Shown here piece by piece: positions 28,122-38,958 of a stretch of DNA of 64,000 nt (its first letter is position 1; each line of letters starts with the position of its first letter). The notes beneath the pieces are model-generated. The model saw only the letters and a list, made by a program, of their open reading frames with translations, had not been told where the DNA came from and did no database searches. The DNA comes from Parvularculales bacterium (GTDB lineage: Bacteria; Pseudomonadota; Alphaproteobacteria; JAPOUT01; JBAJNM01), in NCBI GenBank assembly GCA_036881865.1, contig JBAJNM010000001.1:86847-150846 (forward strand). Direction: 5' to 3'. The translations under genes and the position numbers were made by a program.

Positions 28122-29000
28122 TCCAACGCCGGCACGCGCCAAACACCGGACACTCTCAGGTGTCTCACCCCGCTCCCGCAACATGCGAATACCCACATCC
28201 CCCGCCTTCTTAGATAGCCGCCGCCCCCGATCATCACGCACCAGCTCGTGATGATAATAATCCGGTTGAGGCAATCCCAACAACTCCTGCAAAATCCGGT
28301 GAACACCTGTAGCGGGTAGCAAATCATGACCCCTCGTTATCAGGCTTACCCCTTGCACCGCATCGTCCAGCGTGACACTTAAATGATAACTCGTTGGGAA
28401 ATCTTTGCGGGCAATGACAACATCACCAATAGTCTCAGCCTGCACCGATATACAACGGCGCCGCTCCCGTCCCTCCACAAACATTAAAGACTCGGCCTTC
28501 TCCTCCAACCGCGCCAATGCTTTTTGCATATTGAGACGCCACGCAAATTGACCACCCTCCCACATTAATCCATTACGTTGAGCTGGACTTATATCCCGAT
28601 ATAATCCCGGATAAAACGGTTGGCCATCCGCATCCTTCGGCCACCGCCGCAACCCTCCCGCCGTACTTTCAATGGCAGATCTAATCTCTCCCCGTGTTGC
28701 CCAACACGGATAAACAACGTCCATATCCCGTAATTGACGCAAGGCACGCTCATAGTCATCAAAATGCTCCGATTGTCGCCACACCGGCTCCTCCCACCTA
28801 AGCCCTAACCAGCGCAAATCTTCGTAAATAGCCTCCTCAAAAACAGTTTTACTCCGGCCCTGATCAATATCCTCGATGCGCAACAAGAAACGGCCCCCAA
28901 GACGCTTTGCCTCATCAAACGCTAAACACGCCGACCAGACATGACCTAAATGTAAATATCCATTAGGACTCGGTGCAAAACGAAGGACAGCGGATGACAT
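28065..29000 (-). CDS. gluQ: Glutamyl-Q tRNA(Asp) synthetase
   Basis: FAPSPNGYLHLGH (HIGH) class I motif; ~310 aa truncated GluRS paralog. The start is probably the internal Met (MSSAVLRF). Confidence 0.8.
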   Translation of the reverse strand: MSSAVLRFAPSPNGYLHLGHVWSACLAFDEAKRLGGRFLLRIEDIDQGRSKTVFEEAIYEDLRWLGLRWEEPVWRQSEHFDDYERALRQLRDMDVVYPCWATRGEIRSAIESTAGGLRRWPKDADGQPFYPGLYRDISPAQRNGLMWEGGQFAWRLNMQKALARLEEKAESLMFVEGRERRRCISVQAETIGDVVIARKDFPTSYHLSVTLDDAVQGVSLITRGHDLLPATGVHRILQELLGLPQPDYYHHELVRDDRGRRLSKKAGDVGIRMLRERGETPESVRCLARAGVGLRGKQPQHDDNGDHAKQG

Positions 29001-29128
29001 GAATAAACCCGTTAACTGAAGACATAACCCGCCATCATACACACAAAATACAAAGCAAAGACAAATCCTCCCCCTTTACCTATACTGGTACCGCACCCTT
29101 CGTTACGTCATGATACGGACAATACTTA

Positions 29129-29827
29129 ATGAGCACACCTCTTTCAGGCCCTCGCCTCCCGCCCACCGCCTCTGGCCCTCCGGGCCGGTTGGTTATCTTG
29201 TGTCATGGTTATGGCGCGGACGGTAATGATTTAATCAGTCTTGGCCCCCACTGGCAAAAACTCATGCCCGACGCCGCTTTTGTAGCCCCCAATGCCCCCC
29301 AACCGTGCGCCATGGGAGGCACAGGCTATCAATGGTTTCCCATTACCCGCACCGACCCCACGGAAACGGAGAGAGGTGTTACTGTCGCCACACCCGTTCT
29401 GGAGGAATTCATCAAGGCTGAACTCTCTCACTATCAACTCACCCAAGACCGCCTTGCCCTTGTGGGATTTAGTCAGGGAACCATGATGGCTCTCCATATA
29501 GGTTTGCGGGGTGATATTAATCCGGCAGCGATTGTTGGTTTTTCCGGTACTCTAACCGGCGGTGAGACGTTGGGTGATACTATCAAATCCCGTCCGCCGG
29601 TGTTGCTCGTTCATGGGGATGCGGACAACATGATCCCCCCCACCGCCATGTATAGTGCCGCTCAAACTATGGGGCGGGTTGGTCTCGGGGTTCAATGGCA
29701 CATTAGTCAAGGCGTAGGACATGGCATTGGCCCTGATGGGCTCTCATTAGCAGGTCATTTTTTGTCAGATGCTTTTGCCGGACGCTTTAAAGGCATGCAA
29801 TCTGGCGAAGCGGTGCCAGACGCTTAA
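29129..29827 (+). CDS. Phospholipase/carboxylesterase family alpha/beta hydrolase
   Basis: 232 aa with GFSQG (GxSxG) and the C-terminal H of a catalytic triad. Confidence 0.7.
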   Translation: MSTPLSGPRLPPTASGPPGRLVILCHGYGADGNDLISLGPHWQKLMPDAAFVAPNAPQPCAMGGTGYQWFPITRTDPTETERGVTVATPVLEEFIKAELSHYQLTQDRLALVGFSQGTMMALHIGLRGDINPAAIVGFSGTLTGGETLGDTIKSRPPVLLVHGDADNMIPPTAMYSAAQTMGRVGLGVQWHISQGVGHGIGPDGLSLAGHFLSDAFAGRFKGMQSGEAVPDA

Positions 29828-30255
29828 GAATCATCGGTAGAAAAGCGCTTACGCAACCGTTCATTAAGCGCATCCCGCACCTGCCTATAAGACATGAGAA
29901 CTTGCTCACGACTTCCGGTAGCAATAGTGGGGTCCATGGTTGGCCAATACTCCACATTCACGGCCATGGTGCGGGTCAACTCAAGAGCCTGATGGTGAGC
30001 TTCCGGCGTCAGAGTGAAAATCAAATCAAAAGACGTATCTTGCAAATCGGAAAAACTCTTAGGCCGATGCTTATCCATCTCGATACCAACCTCCCACAAA
30101 ACTTCTACACAAAAAGAATCCAATTCGCCGGAACGTACACCACAAGAATCAACATAAATTGTCTGACCACACAAATGTTTCATCAACGCTTCAGCCATAG
30201 GTGAGCGCACCGCATTATAATTGCAGGCAAATAAAACCGCGCCGGGATTTTCCAC
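29824..30255 (-). CDS. Low-molecular-weight protein-tyrosine phosphatase (likely GTG start 4 nt after the UPF0262 stop)
   Basis: CX5R(S) P-loop VLFACNYNAVRSPMAEA. The listed 242-aa ORF overlaps the upstream gene, so a shorter ~144-aa product is more plausible. Confidence 0.6.
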   Translation of the reverse strand: MENPGAVLFACNYNAVRSPMAEALMKHLCGQTIYVDSCGVRSGELDSFCVEVLWEVGIEMDKHRPKSFSDLQDTSFDLIFTLTPEAHHQALELTRTMAVNVEYWPTMDPTIATGSREQVLMSYRQVRDALNERLRKRFSTDDS

Positions 30256-30259
30256 CCCT

Positions 30260-30751
30260 CTATCCCCGAATATGCAAAACGCAAATGAGAGTGAACAAGC
30301 GTCGAGAGGTATCAAAATCAACCTCAACCTTGCCGAACAACCGGTCAATGAGCAAGCGGGAGCCTTCATCGTGCAAAGCTCTGCGGCCAACATCAATGGC
30401 TTCAATACGCCCGGGTGCTGCTGTGCGAATAGCATCGTAATAGTTTTCGCACACCATAAAGTAATCTTTAATAAGTCTGCGAAATGGTGTAAGAGACAAC
30501 AAAATGCGCCGAAGAGTATCTCCTTCTTCATGATGACGCACGTCAAAAACAAGACGGTTTTCTTCTATAGAAAGATGTAAACTATAAGGCCCTTCGCCTC
30601 CCTCCATTAGGGAAAAATTATTTTCCTCCAACAAATCATAAACAGCGACACGGCGCTCGTGTTCAACCTCCGGCCCACGGCGCACGACCGTTTTTTCGTC
30701 CAGCACAATATCAACAATGCAGGACGTGGTGTTCTCATCATTGCCGGACAT
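30260..30751 (-). CDS. UPF0262-family conserved hypothetical protein
   Basis: 163 aa. This is the small conserved alphaproteobacterial protein usually found downstream of hisD. Confidence 0.55.
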   Translation of the reverse strand: MSGNDENTTSCIVDIVLDEKTVVRRGPEVEHERRVAVYDLLEENNFSLMEGGEGPYSLHLSIEENRLVFDVRHHEEGDTLRRILLSLTPFRRLIKDYFMVCENYYDAIRTAAPGRIEAIDVGRRALHDEGSRLLIDRLFGKVEVDFDTSRRLFTLICVLHIRG

Positions 30752-32058
30752 TACGATGTCCCGTCTTTATTGTTAAGGCGAACGGAAATCGAACGGGCAT
30801 GAGCCTCCAACCCCTCTGCCTGCGCAAGGCTTATCACCGCCGGTGCAAGAGATGATAAATTCTCTGCCGAACAATGAATGACACTACTACGCTTCATAAA
30901 GTCTGTTACGGCTAGCGCCGATGAAAACCGCGCTGCACGCGCCGTAGGCAAAACATGATTGGGACCTGCAATATAATCTCCTACTGCCTCCGGCGTATAG
31001 CGGCCTACAAAAATAGCTCCCGCATGGTGAATGTGCTCCAGATAACCTTCCGGCTCTTCAATTGCTAACGATAAATGCTCCGGTGCTAACCGGTTTACCA
31101 GTGCGGTACTTTCTGCAAGAGAGCGCACTTGGATAATTGCACCAAAATCACTCCAGCTGGCCTGTGCAATCATGCGGCGTGGCAAAGTTTCTAATTGCGC
31201 TGCAACAGCTGCCTCCACAAGGTGTGTAAACGTCTCATCGTCCGTAATGAGAATACTCTGAGCGGTTACATCATGCTCCGCTTGCGCTACCAGGTCAGCG
31301 GCAATCCACGCCGGATCATTATGACCATCGGCCACAACCAAGATTTCCGAAGGCCCTGCAATGGAATCAATCCCTACTGCCCCAAACACCTGCCGCTTGG
31401 CCTCTGCCACATAGGCATTACCCGGACCGGTAATGACATCAACGGGCGTGATAGTTTCCGTGCCAAATGCTAATGCTGCTATAGCGTGTGCGCCACCAAC
31501 ACGGTATAGTTCATCTATACTGGAAAGGTGCGCGGCTGCCAGCACCAAAGGATTAAGCGTGCCTTGTGGGGCCGGTGTTACCATAATCCGACGATTTACT
31601 CCTGCGACCTGTGCCGGGATAGCATTCATGAGCACCGAACTTGGGTAGCTGGCCGTGCCTCCCGGAGCATAAAGACCGGCAGCATCAACCGCTGTCCAGC
31701 GTTGCCCTAACTTAACGCCTAACTCATCTACGTGATAATCATCCACCGGACATTGCCTCTCATGGAACGTCCGAATGCGGGTTGCTGCCAAATTCAATGC
31801 TTCAAGAGTTGCTGCCTCACATGCTCCGGAGGCCGCTTCTATTTCACGGGAACCTATAACAAGGCCTGAATCCGCTGCCGCTTGTCCATCAAATCGTGCC
31901 GTATACTCCAACAACGCCGTATCGCCGCGCTGCCGCACATCGGCAATAATAGCGGCTACCTGTTCTTCAACACGAACTGTTTGTGTTTCCCGCTTGCCCA
32001 TAAGAGTTGTAAAAGAATCTTCAAAACCCGTGTCTGCAGTGGAAAGACGCTGTACCAT
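30751..32058 (-). CDS. hisD: Histidinol dehydrogenase
   Basis: 435 aa, canonical HisD. Confidence 0.95.
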   Translation of the reverse strand: MVQRLSTADTGFEDSFTTLMGKRETQTVRVEEQVAAIIADVRQRGDTALLEYTARFDGQAAADSGLVIGSREIEAASGACEAATLEALNLAATRIRTFHERQCPVDDYHVDELGVKLGQRWTAVDAAGLYAPGGTASYPSSVLMNAIPAQVAGVNRRIMVTPAPQGTLNPLVLAAAHLSSIDELYRVGGAHAIAALAFGTETITPVDVITGPGNAYVAEAKRQVFGAVGIDSIAGPSEILVVADGHNDPAWIAADLVAQAEHDVTAQSILITDDETFTHLVEAAVAAQLETLPRRMIAQASWSDFGAIIQVRSLAESTALVNRLAPEHLSLAIEEPEGYLEHIHHAGAIFVGRYTPEAVGDYIAGPNHVLPTARAARFSSALAVTDFMKRSSVIHCSAENLSSLAPAVISLAQAEGLEAHARSISVRLNNKDGTS

Positions 32059-32069
32059 GATCTCGTATC

Positions 32070-32564
32070 CTATTCCTGATGACCGGACGTTTCAGGTGCA
32101 TCATGGCCGGGAAGCCCCCGGGCGGGCCACGGGCCGCTTAAATCAGCACACGCTGCACTTAACGCATCAACCTTGAGACGCACCTCACCCCCACCGGCAA
32201 AAACCAACGTCACAAAACCACCGGGGGCGTTGGTCGTATCAGGCTCAAACCTTATGGTCATCAGTGATAGCACTTCGTCAGGACGATCACGTCGAATACG
32301 ACGGGCATGCACTTGATTCACATCATCAAAATGAAGGCCGCATCGAACACGCTCGGCACTTGTCTGTGTCTCGCTCCCTGTATGCACTCTCTCCCAGCGC
32401 AACCTATTGGCCACCAAAGCAAACCTTCTCATAGTTGCCATATGCCCCATATCGCCCACCTGCAATACGGCATCTTGAAAACAAGCCGCCATTACTTCCA
32501 AATCAGCCTGATCATGAGCTATCAACCGTAAGGGGGCATCGCTGTTGTTTTGCGCCGACATCAA
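32070..32564 (-). CDS. Conserved hypothetical protein (DUF2948-like), typically downstream of murA
   Basis: 164 aa. The call rests on the synteny murA - small conserved ORF - hisD. Confidence 0.45.
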   Translation of the reverse strand: MMSAQNNSDAPLRLIAHDQADLEVMAACFQDAVLQVGDMGHMATMRRFALVANRLRWERVHTGSETQTSAERVRCGLHFDDVNQVHARRIRRDRPDEVLSLMTIRFEPDTTNAPGGFVTLVFAGGGEVRLKVDALSAACADLSGPWPARGLPGHDAPETSGHQE

Positions 32565-33853
32565 TTTTGTTTCCTTTCAATAGACGCTCCACAGCGTCCC
32601 AGTTTTTCTTCCAGACGTTCAAAGCCACGGTCCAGATGATAAACCTCATTGATAATCGTTTCACCCTTTGCTGCCAATCCTGCAATTACAAGACACACGG
32701 AGGCCCGCAAATCTGTTGCAACAACCGGTGCACCAGTTAGGTATTCTACCCCCCGAACGCGGGCCGTCTCTCCCTGTAGAGAAATATCCGCACCTAACCG
32801 GATGAGTTCTTGAACATGCATAAAGCGATTTTCAAAAATGGTCTCCGTAATCTCAGAGATCCCGGAAGCACATGTCATCAACGCCATAAATTGTGCCTGA
32901 AGATCTGTTGGAAAGCCGGGCCATGGTGCGGTTTGCACATTGACCCCCTGCAAGGACGTATCAGGAGACCTGACGTTAAGCCCATTGGTGGTTTCTTCTA
33001 TAACCCCACCCGCAGATCTCAACAAAGCAATAGGAGCCTCTAAGGCTCCCGTTTCAACGCCTTGCAGTTCAACCTCACCCCCCGTTACAAGGGCTGCCAT
33101 GGCGTACGTACCTGCCTCAATGCGGTCCGGCGGGACTTGATGGTGTACGCCCGTAAGCGTTCTGCCTCCGCGAATAACAAGCCGGTCTTCACCGACACCC
33201 TCAATCTGTGCACCCATAGCAATAAGACAGTGGGCAAGGTCGACAACTTCAGGTTCACGTGCAGCGTTCTCTAATACTGTCTCGCCTTCCGCCAGAGTAG
33301 CGGCCATCATCAACGTATGCGTTACCCCTACCGATACCAACGGCGAGCGAAAAACCGCTCCCTTCAGACCATGAGGTGCTACCGCCTCAACATAACCACC
33401 GCTGGTGGTAATCTTCGCACCCATAGTCTCCAGTCCTTTGATGTATAAATCCACGGGCCGGTTGCCAATAGCATCTCCTCCCGGCAACGAAATTCGCGCC
33501 TTCCCACATCGGGCGAGCAAAGGCCCCAAAACCCAAAAACTTGCGCGCATTTGTGAAACAAGATCATACGGTGCCTTCAAAGACGTAATACTGTCTGCCT
33601 TCAAGCGTACCCTGCGACCCGACTGGCTGGCTACGCTGCTTTCTATCTTCACGCCGTGGTTTTCAAGTAAGCGGGTGAGTGTGGTTGTATCGGTCAGGTC
33701 CGGTACATTGTCTAACTCAACTGTACCTTCCGTTAAAAGAGAGGCAATCATCAATGGTAGCGCCGCATTTTTGGCGCCACTTATGGGAATAATTCCATGC
33801 AAGGGACTGCCGCCGGTAATCCGGATACAATCTGAAAGTGCCCCCGTCATCAA
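32561..33853 (-). CDS. murA: UDP-N-acetylglucosamine 1-carboxyvinyltransferase
   Basis: 430 aa, canonical MurA. Confidence 0.95.
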   Translation of the reverse strand: MMTGALSDCIRITGGSPLHGIIPISGAKNAALPLMIASLLTEGTVELDNVPDLTDTTTLTRLLENHGVKIESSVASQSGRRVRLKADSITSLKAPYDLVSQMRASFWVLGPLLARCGKARISLPGGDAIGNRPVDLYIKGLETMGAKITTSGGYVEAVAPHGLKGAVFRSPLVSVGVTHTLMMAATLAEGETVLENAAREPEVVDLAHCLIAMGAQIEGVGEDRLVIRGGRTLTGVHHQVPPDRIEAGTYAMAALVTGGEVELQGVETGALEAPIALLRSAGGVIEETTNGLNVRSPDTSLQGVNVQTAPWPGFPTDLQAQFMALMTCASGISEITETIFENRFMHVQELIRLGADISLQGETARVRGVEYLTGAPVVATDLRASVCLVIAGLAAKGETIINEVYHLDRGFERLEEKLGRCGASIERKQN

Positions 33854-34008
33854 ATCACAGACGAGCCGGAATCCGTTCCGGCATCGCCACTCTTCTTACG
33901 GCGGGCTTGCTCCTTACGGCGACGAAGGTTTGCTCTCAACGCTTCTTCAAGCCGCTTCTTACGGGCGTCCTCCTCCGCTTTTTTACTGTTTATGTCGTTA
34001 TCGCTCAT
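33850..34008 (-). CDS. Small basic protein (DUF4169-like)
   Basis: [39 protein letters not shown]..; Lys/Arg-rich and 53 aa from the internal Met. Confidence 0.4.
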   Translation of the reverse strand: MSDNDINSKKAEEDARKKRLEEALRANLRRRKEQARRKKSGDAGTDSGSSVI

Positions 34009-34084
34009 AGATTCAGTATATACCCCCATACTTGCCCGAACATGGTTTTTTCTCGTATGGTCACATTTCAGCGTCACTAATAAG

Positions 34085-34159
<75 letters not shown>

Positions 34160-34198
34160 AGTACGCACCCATATTCTTGTCACCTGGCCTTTTGATAT

Positions 34199-35032
34199 AT
34201 GACCTCAACCATTCCCCTTAAAACATACCATCATCAGGGGGCTAAAATTATCGTCGGTCTTGATCCTTCTGAGAAGATTCTGACCAGCTGGGGGTTGCCT
34301 GTTTCGGCAAATGGCCTTGAGATTTTTTGCGCCCAGTGCGTGGAGGCTCTTACTCTGGTCCCCGCGATTGTAAAATTCCAGGCCGCTTTTTTTGAGCGTT
34401 TTGGCAGTCAGGGCGTACACCATCTTGAGACAGCGACCCGCCAGTTTAGAGATAGCGGTATTCCTGTCATTCTAGATGCCAAACGGGGTGATATAGGCTC
34501 AACCGTAGAGGCTTACGCCAACGCTTATATCGGTAATGCCGACTTTCCTTTATCAGGGTTAACAGTCAACCCCTATCTTGGTTTTGATGCCCTTAAGCCT
34601 TTTTTTGAACGGGCACTGGCACATGAGTTTACTCTTTTTGTTGTAGCACGCTCCTCCAACCCTGAAGGGGATCTCCTGCAAACGGCGGTGACAAATAACG
34701 GCGAGAGTGTGGCTGCTCATATCTGCGATAGTATCGCAGCCCTCAATGAGGCCTACGGAGCCCCTATTGCCGGAGCCGTTTTGGGAGCCACCCAACCACA
34801 AACCTTTGCGGATTTGGCACGGCGCTTGGATGGTGCACCTATTCTGGCACCGGGCATTGGTGCACAAGGGGCCACTCTTAAAGAATTGCAGGAGATGGCA
34901 GGCTCTTATTACCGGCAGACAATTCCGGCGGCTTCCCGCGCTATTCTGAAACATGGTGATACAGCCCAAAACATGGCCCGCGCTATTGACGCTATGAGTG
35001 CGGAAGACAGAAATTTGCGCACTTCCTCATGA
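34199..35032 (+). CDS. pyrF: Orotidine 5'-phosphate decarboxylase (type 2)
   Basis: 277 aa; DAKRGDIGST. Confidence 0.85.
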   Translation: MTSTIPLKTYHHQGAKIIVGLDPSEKILTSWGLPVSANGLEIFCAQCVEALTLVPAIVKFQAAFFERFGSQGVHHLETATRQFRDSGIPVILDAKRGDIGSTVEAYANAYIGNADFPLSGLTVNPYLGFDALKPFFERALAHEFTLFVVARSSNPEGDLLQTAVTNNGESVAAHICDSIAALNEAYGAPIAGAVLGATQPQTFADLARRLDGAPILAPGIGAQGATLKELQEMAGSYYRQTIPAASRAILKHGDTAQNMARAIDAMSAEDRNLRTSS

Positions 35033-35452
35033 AGGGTCTTTTTCAAATCGAGGAATATCTTCGTGTATCAAAGCCCAGGAATAGGCTGTTGATGTCCACA
35101 GCGTAGCGCTCGGAGTAAGACGTGAGGCATCATCCAGACTGCCTGCTTTAATACCCCAAACATCCGGCATGGCGTGGAGTTTACTAAACAGAGGAGTTCC
35201 ACATTGGACACAGAACTGTCGGGTTACCTGATTGCCTTTGTCAGAATCAGATGTGTGCCCCCGTACATTATCTTCGCCTGAAGTAATACAAAAAGCCGGT
35301 TTGGGCGCAATCACCACTGCCGCCGCATTACCACCGGAGACATATCGGCAATCCCGACAGTGGCATATAAGAAACGCTACCGGTTCTGCATCGCATTCAT
35401 ACCGAACAGCACCGCATAGGCATCCTCCGGAAATAGAATTAGACATTCGCAA
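35027..35452 (-). CDS. GFA-family (glutathione-dependent formaldehyde-activating / CENP-V-like) zinc protein
   Basis: GGCLCGAVRYE ... CHCRDCR ... CVQCGTPLF cysteine pattern. Confidence 0.7.
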   Translation of the reverse strand: MRMSNSISGGCLCGAVRYECDAEPVAFLICHCRDCRYVSGGNAAAVVIAPKPAFCITSGEDNVRGHTSDSDKGNQVTRQFCVQCGTPLFSKLHAMPDVWGIKAGSLDDASRLTPSATLWTSTAYSWALIHEDIPRFEKDPS

Positions 35453-35503
35453 GACCTCCTCGACAAAAATTCATAAGAGTTCAAATCATCCTGCCCGTAA
35501 CAG

Positions 35504-36817
35504 TCAGGCCCTGTCAATCAGATGAAGAAATGAGCCGGCCACCCTCTCCCTCTTACAACCGGTTGCCTGAGGAGGGCTACTTTCTCCGCAGGGTTTGGTG
35601 TAAAAAAGAGAGGAGGCGCCTCGTTCTCCTTCTGCAATGGCATAATGAAACTCATGGGCACGAAAGAGAGTCTCGTAAGCGCCTAACGGACAAGGCTCTG
35701 CCAGAGAGACATGACGATACCCCAGCACCTGGCGGTCCGTTTGAAACTTAAACGACACAGGCAACAACCCCGCCATGGCATGACGCTGTCCGTTAGGTTC
35801 TTCCAGTCCTTCTCCCAATGCCATATAGCCGCCACACTCACCATAAATAAAGGCACCCCGTCGTGCCGCCTGACACAATCCCTTAAGAAACTGCGCTGCC
35901 CCTGCAAGTCTGCCCCCATAAAGTTCCGGATAACCGCCGGGCAAAAATATGGCATCTGCCTGCTCTGAGGGCGCTTCATCTCCAAGGGGTGAAAAAAACG
36001 ATAATATTGCTCCCTCCGCACTCCAAGCCGAAAACCATGCCGGATACGCAAAAGAAAATGCTTCATCTTGCGCAATGGCAATATGTTGTCCTAAAGGAGG
36101 AACAGGCGGTGGTATTTCCTCTGATGAATCAAAACGATCCGGCCTTGCCAATGCTATTACTTCATCAATAGCGCTATGGCGTGCAACATAGTGTGCCGCT
36201 CTATCCAGAAATTCATCAAGAGCGTTATGTTCACCCGCCTGTATAAGACCCAGGTGACGATGAGGCAGATGCAACCGGTTATTAACCGGCACCATGCCCA
36301 GTACTTTTACTCCCGCTTTATCGGCTCCGGCTTGTAGAAGCTGCCGGTGGATATCGCTTCCAACACGATTAAAAATAACCCCCGCCACGTCAACATCGGA
36401 ACGAAAACCCAAAAACCCGCTGAGTAGCGCACCGGCGGAAGCCCCCATGCCGCTACCATCTACCACCAACACGACAGGCCAACCGGAAAGAGCTGCCAGG
36501 TCCGCTGTAGACCCTGTGCCATCCCGTGCGCCATCAAACAACCCCATTACCCCTTCAACAATAACCAAATCGCTATCCTCATGGAGGGTAGCGGTAACTC
36601 CGGCCAGTGTTTCCGGACGCATGGCCCAAGGGTCAAGGCTCAGGCACGGTCTGCCGGCTGCCGCCCCATGAAAAGCGGCGTCAATATAATCCGGCCCTAC
36701 CTTGGCAGCGACAACAGACGTGCCGAGACGATGCAGATGGCGCAATAAGGCCATCGTCACAACCGTCTTGCCCCCCCCTGAACGAGGAGCCGCTATAATA
36801 AGGCCCGGTGGTATCAT
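35504..36817 (-). CDS. cobB: Cobyrinic acid a,c-diamide synthase (hydrogenobyrinate a,c-diamide synthase)
   Basis: 437 aa with an N-terminal ATPase P-loop (APRSGGGKT) and a C-terminal glutamine amidotransferase domain. Confidence 0.9.
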   Translation of the reverse strand: MIPPGLIIAAPRSGGGKTVVTMALLRHLHRLGTSVVAAKVGPDYIDAAFHGAAAGRPCLSLDPWAMRPETLAGVTATLHEDSDLVIVEGVMGLFDGARDGTGSTADLAALSGWPVVLVVDGSGMGASAGALLSGFLGFRSDVDVAGVIFNRVGSDIHRQLLQAGADKAGVKVLGMVPVNNRLHLPHRHLGLIQAGEHNALDEFLDRAAHYVARHSAIDEVIALARPDRFDSSEEIPPPVPPLGQHIAIAQDEAFSFAYPAWFSAWSAEGAILSFFSPLGDEAPSEQADAIFLPGGYPELYGGRLAGAAQFLKGLCQAARRGAFIYGECGGYMALGEGLEEPNGQRHAMAGLLPVSFKFQTDRQVLGYRHVSLAEPCPLGAYETLFRAHEFHYAIAEGERGASSLFYTKPCGESSPPQATGCKRERVAGSFLHLIDRA

Positions 36818-36876
36818 GCAATCGTCTCTTGCGACTTTCTCCGCACATTCTTGTCTATGGGACTATACTATCATTC

Positions 36877-38001
36877 ATGATGGCGCGACACGCAGACAAA
36901 CAGACAACATCTCTGCGATATGGATGGACAACCGGAGCATGTGCTACCGCTGCTGCCCGGGCCGCCGTTACCGCCTTGATGACGGGTGAGTTTCCCGACC
37001 CTGTCACCATACGCTTGCCCCGTGGTAAAACACCTGCCTTTGCTTTAGCTCATGAGAAACAAGGTGCTGGATTTGCCGAAGCGGGGATTGTGAAAGACGC
37101 CGGTGATGATCCGGATGTCACCCATCAGGCTCTTGTGATAGCACGGGTGAGGCGAGGGGTGGCAGGGAGCGGTGTTACCTTTCGTGCGGGCAAGGGTGTG
37201 GGGGTTGTAACCCGCCCGGGTTTACCTCTTGAGGTAGGGGAGGCGGCCATCAATCCGGCCCCCCGTGCCATGATACGCGAGGCCGTCATAGAAACTGCTA
37301 CTGCTCATGGAGAGGCGGGTGATGTCATTGTGGAAATTGCCATTCCCGACGGTGAAAAGTTAGCGCGGCATACGTGGAATCCGCGTCTTGGCATAATCGG
37401 CGGGTTATCCGTGTTGGGGGTAACGGGAATTGTGGTGCCTTATTCGTGTGCGGCATGGATTGATGCCATTCACCGGGGCATTGATGTAGCGCGGGCAGCA
37501 GATATTCACCATGTGGCCGGATGCGCCGGTGATATATCGGAGCAAGCGGTACGGGAGTTTTATGATTTACCCGAGGTGGCTTTGTTGGATATGGGCGATT
37601 TCGCTGGTGGGCTGTTGAAATATCTGCGTCGCAACCCTTTGCCGTGGCTGACTATAGGTGGTGGGTTTGCGAAAATATCCAAACTGGCAGCTGGTCGCCT
37701 TGATTTGCATTCGGGTCGTAGCACGGTAGATTTTGATTTTCTGGCGGGCATAGCGCATGACCTGAATATGCCGGACGAACAGCGTACCCGCATCCAAAAC
37801 GGCACCAGTGCCGGTGAGGTGTTATTAGCGGCCGGAGACCATAGCGCCGCCCTTGCTCACGAGGTAGCCGTTCAGGCTCAGACAAAGGCGATGCACGTGT
37901 TAGACAAAACCAATGCACCCATTCGGTTAGACGTTATGATTGTCAACAGGCAGGGCGATATTATAGCTCATGCCCTGCCGCATCCAACATCTGTGCAATG
38001 A
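36877..38001 (+). CDS. cbiD: Cobalt-precorrin-5B (C1)-methyltransferase CbiD (start likely the internal Met; the ORF track starts at 36808)
   Basis: LRYGWTTGACATAAA is the N-terminal CbiD signature. 397-aa ORF. Confidence 0.85.
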   Translation: MMARHADKQTTSLRYGWTTGACATAAARAAVTALMTGEFPDPVTIRLPRGKTPAFALAHEKQGAGFAEAGIVKDAGDDPDVTHQALVIARVRRGVAGSGVTFRAGKGVGVVTRPGLPLEVGEAAINPAPRAMIREAVIETATAHGEAGDVIVEIAIPDGEKLARHTWNPRLGIIGGLSVLGVTGIVVPYSCAAWIDAIHRGIDVARAADIHHVAGCAGDISEQAVREFYDLPEVALLDMGDFAGGLLKYLRRNPLPWLTIGGGFAKISKLAAGRLDLHSGRSTVDFDFLAGIAHDLNMPDEQRTRIQNGTSAGEVLLAAGDHSAALAHEVAVQAQTKAMHVLDKTNAPIRLDVMIVNRQGDIIAHALPHPTSVQ

Positions 38002-38783
38002 AAATGAATAAGGTTGGGAGTAAAGGTGGAGATATTCCCCTGCTCATTTTGGGGGGGTCGTCAGAAGCCATCACTTTGGCCCGTACCCTGAACAGTCATT
38101 GTGACTTTAGAAATAAATTTCATATTATCACGTCTCTTGCCGGACGCACCGGCGCCCCTCGTCATCCTCCCGGTATGGTGCGCATCGGTGGTTTTGGAGG
38201 TGTTCACGGGCTGGCGCGTTTTTTGCGTGAAGAAAATATCACTCTGATGGTAGATGCCACTCATCCTTACGCCTGCCGGATTTCACGCAACGGAGCTGTG
38301 GCGTGTCGCTTGTGCCATATTTCCCGTCTTCATTTACAGCGGCCTCCCTGGCAACAGGTAACAGGTGATGCATGGCAACGTGTTCCCACCATGGTTGCCG
38401 CTGCCGATACGTTACCCTCCGGAGCGCGGGCCTTTCTTGCTATTGGCCGGCAAGAGATAAAAGCCTTTGCCGGACGAGATGATATTGACCTCATGGTGCG
38501 CACGGTCGATCCTCTTGGTGTTTCACACCTTACCCCCCGGTGTACCTTTATTACCGGGCGCGGTCCTTTTTGTGTGGCAGACGAACAGGCTCTTCTGGAG
38601 GCCCACAACATTACGCACCTTGTGTGCCGCAATAGTGGCGGGGCCGGCTCTTATGCCAAACTGGAAGCCGCCCGTACTCTGGGCATTCCGGTCATTATGG
38701 TTGATCGCCCGCCGCCGCCGCCCAGCCCACGTATAGCTTCCGTGGAAGATGCTCTGAGGTGCATTCGCCGGTTGGTAGCCTGA
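37998..38783 (+). CDS. cobK: Precorrin-6A reductase
   Basis: 261 aa; CobK/CbiJ family. Confidence 0.8.
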   Translation: MKMNKVGSKGGDIPLLILGGSSEAITLARTLNSHCDFRNKFHIITSLAGRTGAPRHPPGMVRIGGFGGVHGLARFLREENITLMVDATHPYACRISRNGAVACRLCHISRLHLQRPPWQQVTGDAWQRVPTMVAAADTLPSGARAFLAIGRQEIKAFAGRDDIDLMVRTVDPLGVSHLTPRCTFITGRGPFCVADEQALLEAHNITHLVCRNSGGAGSYAKLEAARTLGIPVIMVDRPPPPPSPRIASVEDALRCIRRLVA

Positions 38784-38958
38784 GCGTATAAATTGGGGAG
38801 CAATTCAAATTAAGGGGTGTTTTTGATACCATTATACGATAGTGCCCAAAACTCATAATTTTCCTTAGCTCTTTCTTTCTCTGTATTCGTTTGGATGCTA
38901 TCGTGACAGATATGGCAGTTATCATTAGGAAGCGGAACATAAGGAAAGGGAATACGGC

